DNA of 64,000 nt from a virus: positions 53,332 through 117,331 of the IMG/VR virus record IMGVR_UViG_3300050132_000248, one strand, 5' to 3'. A model generated the notes under the pieces. The model was given only the letters and a program-made list of their open reading frames with translations, was not told where the DNA came from and did no database searches. The position numbers and the translations under genes were made by a program. Below are positions 18,911 to 30,500 of the stretch, piece after piece (position 1 is the stretch's first letter; every line of letters begins with the position of its first letter).

Positions 18911-21900
18911 ATGACTGAGGAAGAAGGAAATATAAAGCAGGAATTTAACTTTGCTCAAACAGGACTTAATCTTGATTTGACCCCATCACAAGTCAAAGAA
19001 GGAATGACAACTTTTTGCCTTAATGGTTCTGTTGAAAATTTTGATGCAAACGGAATATCTTATCAAAATGAACAGGGCAATGAATTTTGTATTTCTTTTC
19101 CTGAAGGATTTGTTTTAATTGGAAAGCATTTCATTAATGAGCAAAGCAGACATATTTTCTTTATTACTAATCCAAATGAACCTGCTTATCCAGATCAGAT
19201 TGGTTATATGGATAATAATGATGGCTTATACCATATAATGATACAGGGTGCTTTTGGTTTTAACATTCATTATCCTATTCATAAATGTGTACATAAAATA
19301 AATAATTGCTCCACAGAAATATACTGGACAGATGGCCTTAACTCAAGACGCTATCTCAATTTTGATAAAATCCCATATGTATTAATTGGAGGAACACCTG
19401 CGTGTAATCCCATCTATGGAACTGATATTGATGTTAATCAATTAAAGCTTCAGCCTAATTTTAATATTCCTGAGCTTTCTGTAAGTGATGTAACTAATGT
19501 AGGAACTCTTGTTGAGGGTACATATCAGTTTGCTATTCAGTATTGTGACATCTCTGGCAATGAATACACCTCTTATTATTCTGTTACAAATCCCACACCT
19601 ATTACTGATACATCTATAGTTTCAGTTAATTTTAATAATCAAATAGGAAAGTCAATTGTCCTTGATATAACTAATCTTGATCTAAGTGGACAGTTTCAGT
19701 ATTTCAATTTAGCTGTTATAAAAACTATTAATGCTATTTCTTCTGTAGAATTAGTAGGAACTTATTTCATAGAGGGAGATAGTAAACAAATAATCTATAC
19801 AGGACAGTCTTCCAGTAATACAACTACAAATATTCGACTTTCAATAAATGATATATTTGAGAAGTTTCCCTATTATGATATTGCTAATGATCTAACAGCT
19901 GTTCAGGATGTTCTTGTATGGGACGATCTTATATCTATTGATAGGATTAATTATCAAGGGATTGCGAATGGAATTACTCTGCAATGGCAAACTTGGAGAA
20001 TTCCTGCAGATGAGAATTATTCCAATGAATTGAATGCAACTAATTATCGTTCTTATTTAAGAGATGAAGTGTATCCATTTGAAATAGTTTTCTTATTGAA
20101 GAATGGAAAACAAACAGATGGATTTCATATCCCGGGAAGAGCAAAGGATTTTAATGAATTACATCAACCTGATGTTCCCAACACTGATGCTGATTTCATA
20201 GGAACTCCTGATTACTATGATAGTGAAATAGGTTATTCTCCTTTTTGGAAAATTTACAATACAGCAAGTGTTGTAGAGAATGATCCTGAATATACAACTG
20301 ATCCTGAGTATAAAGGACCTTATCAAACAGGAGAATTTGCATATTGGGAATCTACTGAACAATATCCCTGTAATAAAGATGTGTGGGGAGAGCTTGCAGG
20401 ACAAAATATAAGACATCATAAATTTCCTGATATTCTTGTTTCTCCAATTTTTGAATCACAGATATTCACTGGAATGAGTGGAATGGTAATGAGTAATGAA
20501 GCCATTTTTCCAATAGGTATTAAAATTGATGTAGATCAGATAAAGACATTGATTAATATATCCTCTCTTACAACTGAACAGAAAGGTGATATTGTTGGAT
20601 TTAAAATAGTTAGAGGAGACAGATCAACAAACAAATCTGTTATAGCAAAAGGCATATTAAGGAATGTAGGTATTTATACAAGAGAAAATGATATAGGAGA
20701 AAACAATTCATTCTATTTTCCAAATTATCCTTATAATGATTTGAATGAAGATGTGTTTATTAATAGAACTAATAATGCATATACAGATGAATGTGCTTCC
20801 TATGATATTACAATAGATAATATTCCTCCGACAAGCCCAATAAACCCTCCTGATCCTATCACAGGAAAACCTTATGCTGAGGTAAGTTATGTTGATTGCA
20901 GTACTAATAACAATACAACTATAAAATACTTTACTATAGGATCAACTGATCCTATAACAGGAAATCCTTATAGAATTTGTTCTATTGGCAGACCTTCATT
21001 TGATCAGGGAACTGGAACTGTATGTACATCTTCTTATGAGGTGTGGAATGTACATTCAGGAGGATGGCTTAGCAGAGGATATAGATATGGTTGGTATGAC
21101 AGATGCAAGGGTTGGAGTGAAGATTGGATGCCGGGAAATGAATGGGGAGGAACTGCGGTGAGTGTTCAGGTGGTTCCTAATACAGGAGGGGTAACACAGG
21201 TAGAAGGACCAGGAAGTATTCATACATCTTATGTAGAAACTATAACCCCAGAAGGTATTTCATGTTCAGAGGCACAAGGTCTTCCTCCAATTAGAAGCAA
21301 TCCTTCTCTTGCATATAGACAAATATTTAACTCTCCTGAAACATCTTTCAGTAAGCCTTTCTTAGGAAACATTCTTAAACTTGAGAATGTTATATTTGGA
21401 GCTGGAATAGCTCATTTTGCAGAAGTGAAAAACAATGCAAAATACAGACTGATTACAGAGGAAGCTCAGCATGATGCTTTAACTGCTTCTGAAATAATGG
21501 CAGCTATGGCTAGTCCATTTGATCCTCAGGTAATGTTTAGTGCCTATCAGACTTATCTTCAAATATATCTTAATGGTATCACAAGAAAGAATTTTGCTTA
21601 TTCATATAACTCAATAGCAAATTATGACTATTGGGCAGATATTCCAAATGGTCAGGGAGTAAAACAACGCAACCTTGATATTAAAACATATTTGGTACCA
21701 AATGTGGTATCTACTACTGATGACAATCCTTTAAATAATTGGGAGAGGGAAACCTCTATTTATTTAAGAACGGTAGGAGCATTAGATGATAGTGTTCCTC
21801 CATTGCCATTTCCAGACCAGAGTCCTGATATACCTATAGCCAATCCTCCTCTAATAGAAAAATCAAGAGTAACAGCAAGTGGATGTGATGATTGTAATTA

Positions 21901-24727
21901 TCCTAATAGGAATGTACCCATCACTGTTGTTTCTTATTATGCTTCTATCAAAGATGATTTTGTAAATCAATGGGGACAAATTTATTCATATACCACTATT
22001 GATACAGGATATCAGAATACACTTACGAATATAGCCTATAATACTATTTTTGGAGGAGACACCTTTATTAATAGATTTGCATTTAAAATCAAACTTCCAT
22101 TCTTTCTTGACAATAGAGTGAATGCTCCTGATGATAGTGATATATTCTATGATGAAATTGGAAATGTTGGTTTTCCTGTTTATTGGCATTCAGCAAGATC
22201 TATACTGAAAGATTATGTGATACAGAAAGTTGGAAGAAATGCTGCAAAAGACGCTGAACCCTTAACTAATATCATATCATACAAGGCTCATAATTTTGAT
22301 TGTCCTAATAGTCAAGGAGAGACATATGATTCATCAGGAAATGTAATTAGTACTGATACAACTGCTCCCGGGAGAACATATTATTCTGGATATTATTATC
22401 TGTTTGCATATGGCATTCCTAACTTTTATTGTGAGAGTTCTGTGAATGTCGATCTTAGACAGGCTTTCAATAGTAAGGAAGGAGATTTCTTTCCCCATGT
22501 AACAAATCATATTCCTGATGATTGGGTACAGGAAAGCAAGGTTTCTATTGCTAATGATAATACCTATTATTATAATACAACCTTTTCAAAGCAAAATAAA
22601 GAAAATGTATTTACACATCTTCCTCCAGATTGGGAATCTGACCTTTGTTATACTCTCTATCCTTTTAGAGCCATCTATTCTGATTCACAAAATACAGATG
22701 CTGATAACAGAGTGAATGCATGGCTTAATTATAGGGCTCTTTCATATTTTGATTTTCCTCAGAACTATGGAAATCTTATATCCCTTGATGGTATTCAGAA
22801 CAGAGCTATTCTGGCAAGGTTTGAAGATAAGACTTTAATGTATGATAACCTATTGACAATTGATACAAGTAATCCTCAGGCAGCTTATGTAGGAAATCCT
22901 AATATGTTTAGGAAGTCTCCACCAATTGATTTTGCTGAAACTGATCTTGGTTATCTTGGGAGTCAGAATACAATGCTTTTAAAAATTCCACAAGGACAAT
23001 TAACTGTAGATGCAAAGAGAGGACAAGTGTTTCTATTAAATGGATCCTCTAATGCTGTTGATCTTTCTGGATTTGGTTCTGGATTAAATAGATTTTTCAC
23101 CGATCATTTAGCTTTTGAAATCCTTCGATGGTTTCCCGATGTAGATACAGATAATAATTATAATGGCATTGGTTTACATGGAGTGTATGACAGTAAGTTT
23201 GACAGACTCATTCTTACTAAACTTGATTATATACCTATTGATAAAAATGTAAAATACGATTCTGTTACAAGAGATTTCTATATTGAGAATATTACATCAA
23301 TGCATGTTTGTGATTGTGCATTATTTGGAATTGCTTATGGAATAGATCCTTTCACATTAGAAGGAGAAGCATGGCAGGGAGGATCTCCTCCTGAAGTTCC
23401 TATGGCACCTTATACACAACAACCTTGTGCTTCTCATCAATTTACTCAAAGAGTAATTGTGTCTCTAAATGATCCTAATTATTTCTGTAATAAGTCATGG
23501 ACTCTTTCATATAATGTAAATACAAAGAGTTGGATTAGCTTCCATAGTTATATTCCTAATTGGTATATTGGAGAGAATAATTTCTTCTATTCAGGAATAA
23601 ATGGTTGCTGTGGAGATTTTGATTTTATTGCAGGAACAATGGTCACTACTACAAGCACCACAAGTACAACGAGTACTACAACTACTCTACATCCTCCTAC
23701 AACAACTACTACATCAACTAGTACATCAACAACATCTACCACCACTACAGCAACTACGAGTACAACTACTACATTATATCCACCAACAACAACCACCACT
23801 ACGACAATTTGTCAAAGACCTATGGGACTAACTAATTATCCACTTGTTACAGGATATACACTCACCACTCCTCCAGTTGAATTTGGTTCAACAGGTAGTG
23901 AAGCAGAAGCCTGTAGTGCTGAATACTTCTTATCAACTTATGATATTTCAAAGGATCCAAACGGATTGTTAGTAAATATTCTACGTGCTCAAGCATTTTC
24001 ATTATCCTTATGGCAAAAAGTTTACAATGGATGGGTAGCTACTGATTGTAATGTTGTTCCTGATGGATGGTATTTCACTGAAGAACTTATGTACTCCAAT
24101 CTGGTATTCAATGTTATAAGTGGAATAATTGTTGAAATAGATTCATGTATATCAAGTACGACAACTACATCTTCTACAACAAGTACTACCACCACTCTAT
24201 ATCTGAATAATTGTGGAGACATTATTTTGTATAATAGTGGACTTATGTATGAGAAGGATTATTCAATTTCAGTAGGTAGTGTAACAGGGACAACCTTATT
24301 TGATTTTAATACTGATGTTGACCCAGTTAGGTTCATAGTAATATGGAATTCATCCAATGTTATAGATACAGGATATCATGGTGATGTAGATTATGATTTT
24401 GGTGGAGCAAATAGATCAATGTTCAATTTTGGTTTATTAGGAAAAATTGATCCTGTAACACATAATGCATATCCCGATGCTATAACATATACTGATGATG
24501 GATATCCAAGAATAAGTTCTGCCACAGTTGCTACTTATTCATTTAGCAAATCAACAGCAAGTCCAACTAATGTTGAGGTATCTATATATTCATCAATAGA
24601 TGATTCAACAGGAAAATTCAGACTTTATTGCCCGGGAGTAACCACTACAACTACAATAACTCTCACACCTACAACTACTACTACCACTACACATATAGCA
24701 ACCACTACGACAACAACAACACATTAA
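18911..24727 (+). CDS. Tail stabilisation/muzzle protein (P22 gp10-like) with Thr-tract C-terminal extensions
   Basis: 1938 aa with recognisable motifs (GLNLD...CLNGSVEN, YWTDGLNSRRYLN, FGGDTFIN, SWTLSY...WISFHSYIP). Poly-Thr at 23644-23805, 24157-24195 and 24640-24720. Confidence 0.75.
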   Translation: MTEEEGNIKQEFNFAQTGLNLDLTPSQVKEGMTTFCLNGSVENFDANGISYQNEQGNEFCISFPEGFVLIGKHFINEQSRHIFFITNPNEPAYPDQIGYMDNNDGLYHIMIQGAFGFNIHYPIHKCVHKINNCSTEIYWTDGLNSRRYLNFDKIPYVLIGGTPACNPIYGTDIDVNQLKLQPNFNIPELSVSDVTNVGTLVEGTYQFAIQYCDISGNEYTSYYSVTNPTPITDTSIVSVNFNNQIGKSIVLDITNLDLSGQFQYFNLAVIKTINAISSVELVGTYFIEGDSKQIIYTGQSSSNTTTNIRLSINDIFEKFPYYDIANDLTAVQDVLVWDDLISIDRINYQGIANGITLQWQTWRIPADENYSNELNATNYRSYLRDEVYPFEIVFLLKNGKQTDGFHIPGRAKDFNELHQPDVPNTDADFIGTPDYYDSEIGYSPFWKIYNTASVVENDPEYTTDPEYKGPYQTGEFAYWESTEQYPCNKDVWGELAGQNIRHHKFPDILVSPIFESQIFTGMSGMVMSNEAIFPIGIKIDVDQIKTLINISSLTTEQKGDIVGFKIVRGDRSTNKSVIAKGILRNVGIYTRENDIGENNSFYFPNYPYNDLNEDVFINRTNNAYTDECASYDITIDNIPPTSPINPPDPITGKPYAEVSYVDCSTNNNTTIKYFTIGSTDPITGNPYRICSIGRPSFDQGTGTVCTSSYEVWNVHSGGWLSRGYRYGWYDRCKGWSEDWMPGNEWGGTAVSVQVVPNTGGVTQVEGPGSIHTSYVETITPEGISCSEAQGLPPIRSNPSLAYRQIFNSPETSFSKPFLGNILKLENVIFGAGIAHFAEVKNNAKYRLITEEAQHDALTASEIMAAMASPFDPQVMFSAYQTYLQIYLNGITRKNFAYSYNSIANYDYWADIPNGQGVKQRNLDIKTYLVPNVVSTTDDNPLNNWERETSIYLRTVGALDDSVPPLPFPDQSPDIPIANPPLIEKSRVTASGCDDCNYPNRNVPITVVSYYASIKDDFVNQWGQIYSYTTIDTGYQNTLTNIAYNTIFGGDTFINRFAFKIKLPFFLDNRVNAPDDSDIFYDEIGNVGFPVYWHSARSILKDYVIQKVGRNAAKDAEPLTNIISYKAHNFDCPNSQGETYDSSGNVISTDTTAPGRTYYSGYYYLFAYGIPNFYCESSVNVDLRQAFNSKEGDFFPHVTNHIPDDWVQESKVSIANDNTYYYNTTFSKQNKENVFTHLPPDWESDLCYTLYPFRAIYSDSQNTDADNRVNAWLNYRALSYFDFPQNYGNLISLDGIQNRAILARFEDKTLMYDNLLTIDTSNPQAAYVGNPNMFRKSPPIDFAETDLGYLGSQNTMLLKIPQGQLTVDAKRGQVFLLNGSSNAVDLSGFGSGLNRFFTDHLAFEILRWFPDVDTDNNYNGIGLHGVYDSKFDRLILTKLDYIPIDKNVKYDSVTRDFYIENITSMHVCDCALFGIAYGIDPFTLEGEAWQGGSPPEVPMAPYTQQPCASHQFTQRVIVSLNDPNYFCNKSWTLSYNVNTKSWISFHSYIPNWYIGENNFFYSGINGCCGDFDFIAGTMVTTTSTTSTTSTTTTLHPPTTTTTSTSTSTTSTTTTATTSTTTTLYPPTTTTTTTICQRPMGLTNYPLVTGYTLTTPPVEFGSTGSEAEACSAEYFLSTYDISKDPNGLLVNILRAQAFSLSLWQKVYNGWVATDCNVVPDGWYFTEELMYSNLVFNVISGIIVEIDSCISSTTTTSSTTSTTTTLYLNNCGDIILYNSGLMYEKDYSISVGSVTGTTLFDFNTDVDPVRFIVIWNSSNVIDTGYHGDVDYDFGGANRSMFNFGLLGKIDPVTHNAYPDAITYTDDGYPRISSATVATYSFSKSTASPTNVEVSIYSSIDDSTGKFRLYCPGVTTTTTITLTPTTTTTTTHIATTTTTTTH

Positions 24728-24728
24728 A

Positions 24729-25592
24729 ATGAAAACAATATTTATAAAGCTTACTAAAGCAGGGCCTACCTCTGGACCATTTAACATCTATGATCAAGCT
24801 GAGAATATCATAGACTCAAATGTTTCCAAGAAGGACTTGGTTTCAGGTATGGCTTTTATTGTAAATGACAATGTGATTGCTGTGAAAATAGTCTCTACAG
24901 GAGATTGCAAATTTGAGAAGGTTGTTCTTGTTGAAGGCATTACCATACAGCAATATATGGCAACTCAATATGTTGAAATGAAAACCGGATGCTTGTGGAG
25001 ACATTTAACAAACATACAACTCTATAATTCCTTCTATGGAAAGACAGAACCCTACATATTGGAGTACTCATCCTCTTTCAAATTTCAAGATGAGATTCTT
25101 CAATCTTTTACAGATTATTCAAAAGCATATGAATATCTTCCAAATCCAGATGGGGTATTCAATCAGAATACAAGAATAGAAACAGATGATAAGTATTTCT
25201 CAAATATGATTGTTTATAATGGTCAGCAATGTTCAGGAATGTTAAATCTCTTTCCTAAGCCATTGCATAACATGCAAGCATACATGAGCTTTCCAAAATT
25301 CAATTCAGACAGTAAGGATATTTTATTTACAAAGAGTGATAATTTTTATAAAGTGAATACCTTCTTTGATGTTTTAAAAGATGTCAGAGTTCAAATGTTT
25401 AATACTTCTTGTGAGAGTTTATCCATAGATAAAGTATTGAATCAGAGTAATATGGATTATGGTGTTAGAAGTTTTAAGAAAAGTCAGCTTCGTTCAAAGG
25501 ATCTCAAAATCAGAATGATCCTAAATAATTCCTGTACAACACATTTGGTAAGTAATTTTATAATTTCTTCAAATCAAATAAGTTATAAGTAA
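24729..25592 (+). CDS. Probable separated C-terminal part of the muzzle protein, fused to a small N-terminal beta domain
   Basis: 287 aa. The N-terminus resembles that of 16057..16587; the remainder (LWRH..YNSFYG..PYILEY..IVYNGQQCSG..RSKDLKIRMIL) resembles muzzle C-termini. Confidence 0.5.
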   Translation: MKTIFIKLTKAGPTSGPFNIYDQAENIIDSNVSKKDLVSGMAFIVNDNVIAVKIVSTGDCKFEKVVLVEGITIQQYMATQYVEMKTGCLWRHLTNIQLYNSFYGKTEPYILEYSSSFKFQDEILQSFTDYSKAYEYLPNPDGVFNQNTRIETDDKYFSNMIVYNGQQCSGMLNLFPKPLHNMQAYMSFPKFNSDSKDILFTKSDNFYKVNTFFDVLKDVRVQMFNTSCESLSIDKVLNQSNMDYGVRSFKKSQLRSKDLKIRMILNNSCTTHLVSNFIISSNQISYK

Positions 25593-25593
25593 T

Positions 25594-27528
25594 ATGAGTG
25601 GGTGGCTAGACAAATATGAAGATGGTGGAAAGATGCAAGAGCATCAGGCAAACTTCAACAACAGTGTTGTAAAGATTCCTGATGGATTTGTTGGTCAAGG
25701 AGAAACTATGCCTAATTGGAAATCCCCAGCTTGGAAAGGTCAATTTCAATATGGTGGAATTCTCGATACTAAAGAATTTAATCCTATCCCCGGGAGCAAG
25801 GGAAATGATGAATACAAAGGACAGGAAGCAAACAGTTATTGGACTGATGAAAAGACACTTCCTCGTAATTTAAGAAATAGAGCAAAGATTGGAAGAAGAC
25901 CTTCTCCACAGGAAGAACAACAGATTAACCAATCAAAAGAATATGTAGGAAGTGATCCTAAAACAGAAAGTGATGTATACAGAATAAATGGTGAACTCAT
26001 TAGGAAGTATGCCTACCCTGATTTCAATGATGGTGGGAATGATCATGCCTATCCAAATTTTGTACCCAAAGGAGAAGTTTGGTTAGATAAAGACAATGTA
26101 GGACAAGATGGAAAGACAACATTAGCTCATGAGCTTCTTGAGAGAGAAAAAATGATGGGGGGAATGTTCTATGACAAATATGGCAAGGATGGAAAAGAAG
26201 CTGGAGCTCATGTTCAGGCTTTAAAATTTGAGAATGAAATAAGGAATGGAAAAGCTGAGGTGCCTCAATTGATTAATAATCAGACACAATCCCCAGATCA
26301 GCAATTACAACCTTTGTCTCAACCTCAAATGAAGAATGGAGGATGGTTAGAGAAATATGAGAATGGTGGAGAAATGTCCTATTATCAAAATGGATTGGAT
26401 TTTAAACCAAGAACAATTAGTCAGAATGGTTCTATCACTCCTCCAAGTATAAAAGAAGCTTCTCAGAATGAATTCAAATCACCTGAGAATATAAATTCAT
26501 TAATGAATATATCAGATCCATTAATTACTCCTCAATTTGACAAAGATGGATTACCTTTATATAATGTAAATGATGTTCATAATACTTTATTAGAGGCAGT
26601 GTCTCCAATGATAAATTTACAGGATAATAGAAAAATACAACAAACAACAGGTAAACCACTTCCTTCTACCGACAGAGTATCAAGAAATATTCCTTCATAT
26701 GGAGTAAGACAATTATTAGATAGATCAATAAATAAAGGATTAAATAGAGAGGATGCTTGGAATGTATTAGGTATAGCATTACAGGAATCAGGATTCGGGC
26801 AAGAAGCTAATGGAGATATAAATATAGGTCATGTAAAATTACATAATGAGAATGATGATGATCCATTTACTGATCTAGTTAATACATATAAAGATAAGAT
26901 GCAACTTGCTACTGATGTAGGATATACTAATCCTTTGCGTAGATTGCAAGTATATAATGGGGATAAGAAACTCTATCGTAATACAGAACAGAATTATTAT
27001 GGACATACAAATGATAAGTATTATGGAGTTCCTATTCCTCCTGAAGGTATAGATGTAAAAAAGAATCCTTTGTTTGGAAAACAAATAACTGATCTAAAAG
27101 AAAATGTTTTAAAGAGGAATCCTGATCTTTATGATATTATGGAAGAGTATTATCCAAGCTCTTCAGATAAACATCCTGCTAAACAATCTACTAATCAAGA
27201 TCAATATGATCAAGGAGGAGTAGTAAAAGATAATATGGGCTATTGGAATCCAATGAATAGAGGAAGAGTTGTTGAAATTGATTCTCCCAATATAACAATG
27301 AGAAATATTACTGAGCCTCTCCTTGGAATTTCAGACTCTGGAGATAAACAAATGATGTATCCCGGGAATGATTATAAGTTTATTGGAAAGAAAGTGAGAG
27401 AATATCCTATTGCTCAGAAGGGAGGAAAATATCCTTCTACAAGATACGGTATCAATGAATTACATCAATTACAAGATTTTACTAATAAACCATCTAGTAA
27501 AAATTGGTTGAATAAATATAACTCGTAA
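25594..27528 (+). CDS. Modular virion cargo protein with repeated xxGG motifs, a metallopeptidase-like module and a lytic-transglycosylase-like module
   Basis: 644 aa; WL[DEN]KY occurs three times; AHELLERE at 26125-26148; GIALQESGFG with the catalytic-type Glu at 26785. Confidence 0.55.
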   Translation: MSGWLDKYEDGGKMQEHQANFNNSVVKIPDGFVGQGETMPNWKSPAWKGQFQYGGILDTKEFNPIPGSKGNDEYKGQEANSYWTDEKTLPRNLRNRAKIGRRPSPQEEQQINQSKEYVGSDPKTESDVYRINGELIRKYAYPDFNDGGNDHAYPNFVPKGEVWLDKDNVGQDGKTTLAHELLEREKMMGGMFYDKYGKDGKEAGAHVQALKFENEIRNGKAEVPQLINNQTQSPDQQLQPLSQPQMKNGGWLEKYENGGEMSYYQNGLDFKPRTISQNGSITPPSIKEASQNEFKSPENINSLMNISDPLITPQFDKDGLPLYNVNDVHNTLLEAVSPMINLQDNRKIQQTTGKPLPSTDRVSRNIPSYGVRQLLDRSINKGLNREDAWNVLGIALQESGFGQEANGDINIGHVKLHNENDDDPFTDLVNTYKDKMQLATDVGYTNPLRRLQVYNGDKKLYRNTEQNYYGHTNDKYYGVPIPPEGIDVKKNPLFGKQITDLKENVLKRNPDLYDIMEEYYPSSSDKHPAKQSTNQDQYDQGGVVKDNMGYWNPMNRGRVVEIDSPNITMRNITEPLLGISDSGDKQMMYPGNDYKFIGKKVREYPIAQKGGKYPSTRYGINELHQLQDFTNKPSSKNWLNKYNS

Positions 27529-30500
27529 TGAAAAAAGAAATATTAAAGATGGCTCACGTTAGATCGGAAGAGGCCTTCTATCGCAAATACCCTACTGAAG
27601 CTGCCTTCATGAAAGAGCATTCTAAAGAATTTAAAAAAGCTTTACGTGGTACTGCTATTAAGAAAGCACAACAGGGTGCTAATCAATCTGCATACAATCA
27701 ACAGAATGCAGGAATGAATGCTATGGCTGCAGGTGAATCTGAGGTTCAGGATGCTATTGCAAATTTGTCAACAGGAACTCCAAAGAAAACTGTAGGGCAA
27801 GATATTGAGAGTGTTACTAATGATATTCCTGTTGTTGGTGGACTTGTCAAGGATGTAGTGGGTATATTTGATGCAAGTAATGAAGCAAAGCAACAGAAGA
27901 GAGCTGGAGCATTAAGTGATCTTCAAGTGAAGGCAGCAATGTCTCAACCAAGACCACAGAATAGAAAATACAACAGACCTGACTTAGATGCTAATGTAGA
28001 TGATGTTAATTCATTAACGCCAGCACAGGGAACAGGAACCAATCTACTTGGAAGAAATGGAATCATATTATCCAGAGGAGGAGAAATTACAAATACATAT
28101 GCTCCAAATGATATATACACAAATGGAGGATATAGTCCTCTTAGTGATGAAGATAGAATGAAAGCTTATTATTATGGTGGACATATTCCTAAATCAGATG
28201 CTGGGAGTATTATAAGTAGTGTTCTTGGTAGTAGTGGAGGAAGTGGTGGTGGAGGAGGAATATTAGGTGGTCTTCTTGGCGGTGGAGGGGGTAGTACTAC
28301 TACAGATACAACTACTCAGGATCCAGCTAATCGAGTGATTAGATATGTTCAAGCACAAGATGGAACTACCACTACAGGTATATCCACTACATCTTTTGGA
28401 AATACATGGATTGGAAAAGTTCTTCAAGGTCAAAATGTTAACAGCAGTTTAATAAAGAATCCAACAGTTGCTAATAATGTTTCTCAAATAGGTCAAACTT
28501 TACAAACAGGTGTATCTGCTATCCCGGGAGGAGATAATAAAATGTCCAGCTCTATTAAAGGATTGGGAAATACAGTAGGTAGTGCAATTCCTCTTCCGGG
28601 GGCAAGTGAAGCTCTTGGAATTGCAGGAAGTCTTATAGGAGATACTATAACGAATAATATGGGTGGAACAAAAGCAATGGCAAGAGTACAAAGAAATAAT
28701 GATCGACTCTCTGCCATATCAGCTTCTAAACTAATGCAAAGCAATCAGAATAAATATATGAGGACAGGTGGAAACCTGAGACAGAACTATTCTCCAGATA
28801 TGGAAAGAAGTGGAGAGTTAACACCTCTCTGGGGAGGACATGCTGAACCTATCTCCTATAATCCTTATTCACCTAATGGAGGAGAAACTGTGATGTTCAG
28901 AGGAAAATCTCATGAAGAGTCTGCTGGTAATGGAAGAACAGGAATTGGTGTGAGATATGGAGAAGGAGCACCACTACAGTCTTATCAGGATGGTGGTAAT
29001 ACCAATGCTAATGTAGAGGTGGAAAGAGGTGAACCTGCTATGCAGATGCCTGACAATACAGGAACTAGTAATCTGGTTGTCTTTGGTAATCTACCTATTC
29101 CAAATCAATTCATTAGTCAATTAGGAGATCCTAATGCAAAGGGAAAGAAATTCAAAAGCTATGTTGCTGATTTGTCAAAACAGGAAGACAAACAGAATAA
29201 ACTCATAAAGAATACAAGCAGTCAATTACAGGACTTGGATCCTAAGACACCATTTGATAAACTTAAATTCAATAGTCTTTCTCTTGCTCTCAATGGAGCC
29301 AATGATAAATTGAAAGACCTTGCACAGAAGAAACAGAATACTGCTCATTTACAACAGGCAATTAATGACACAGCAGAAGAACAGGGAATAGATGCTGATG
29401 CTCTTGCAAAAGGAAAAATACAAACAGCAAAGAAAGGAACTAAAGTTTCTAAAGCACAGTTAGGTAAGAATGTAAAAACAGACCCTGAACTTGATGAAGG
29501 TGAAACCTATGAAGGATTAAGATCAAGTGAAAATAAACTTACAACAGACTTGGATAATATGCGAAGAACAGATCCAAGACAATATGAACCAAAGGGTAGT
29601 GATAGATATAATCAATATAAAAATGAGTTTCTTGATAAGCAAACAGATTTGAATAGCCTAAGAGATAAGATTATAAGAGTAGGAAGAAGACAGGATGCTG
29701 ATAAAGAGGATTACACAAATGATACTTATGGTGGGGTTCCTGGTTCACAAACAGTAGCAAATGATCTTAATCGTGTTAGAGATTTCTTTAATATTGTTCC
29801 TAGATCAGAGGCAGCAGTTAATATTAATTCTCGTAGAGGGCCTATTGTTTTAGGTAGAAACAATTCAGTAAGTAATAATTCAGGTATAGGTTTTCCTATA
29901 GGAGAGGGGAATGGATATGTACCTTCAGATGGATCAACAGTTTCTAATCCAACAGTTGTTTCTATACCAAATAGACAGAGTTATGCAGCAGCTCCTTCTG
30001 ATGCACAATCAAAAAAAGCTTCTATAGAACAATCTATGAATCTTCGTACTATCCCAGATGTATCAGTTGCAAATATTGATCAAACTGATCCCATGCAATA
30101 TCAGAGTGTGATACCAATGCAGTCACCTAGTGAGAGTTGGATTCATGATAAACAAGTAGGTTCATCTTATGCACCAATAATGCCAATAGATTCTTCAGAT
30201 TGGAATAATACTCATATGTCTAAGCTTGATTCTCAATCTGCAAAGAAACAGATTCCTCAATACTTTAATCCTATTGGGAATTACCTACCAAGCAATAAAG
30301 AGCAATTGGATCCACGTCAGCTTACAGGAGAATATTATGCATTGTCTACTAATGATTTAGAACCTGTTCCTGCTCAACAATATCATCCTAATTTACTCAC
30401 GCCTTACGAAATCTCAATGCAGGATATTCTGAATGAGAATACAGCAGCTACAAGAGGAGCCCAGAAATATATGGGATACAATCCTGCAGCTCAGAGCAAT

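Noticed and set aside
23587-24787. Antisense poly-Val ORFs (23587..23799, 24022..24222, 24605..24787; also 16014..16295)
   Set aside because: These are shadows of the ACN Thr tracts on the coding strand.
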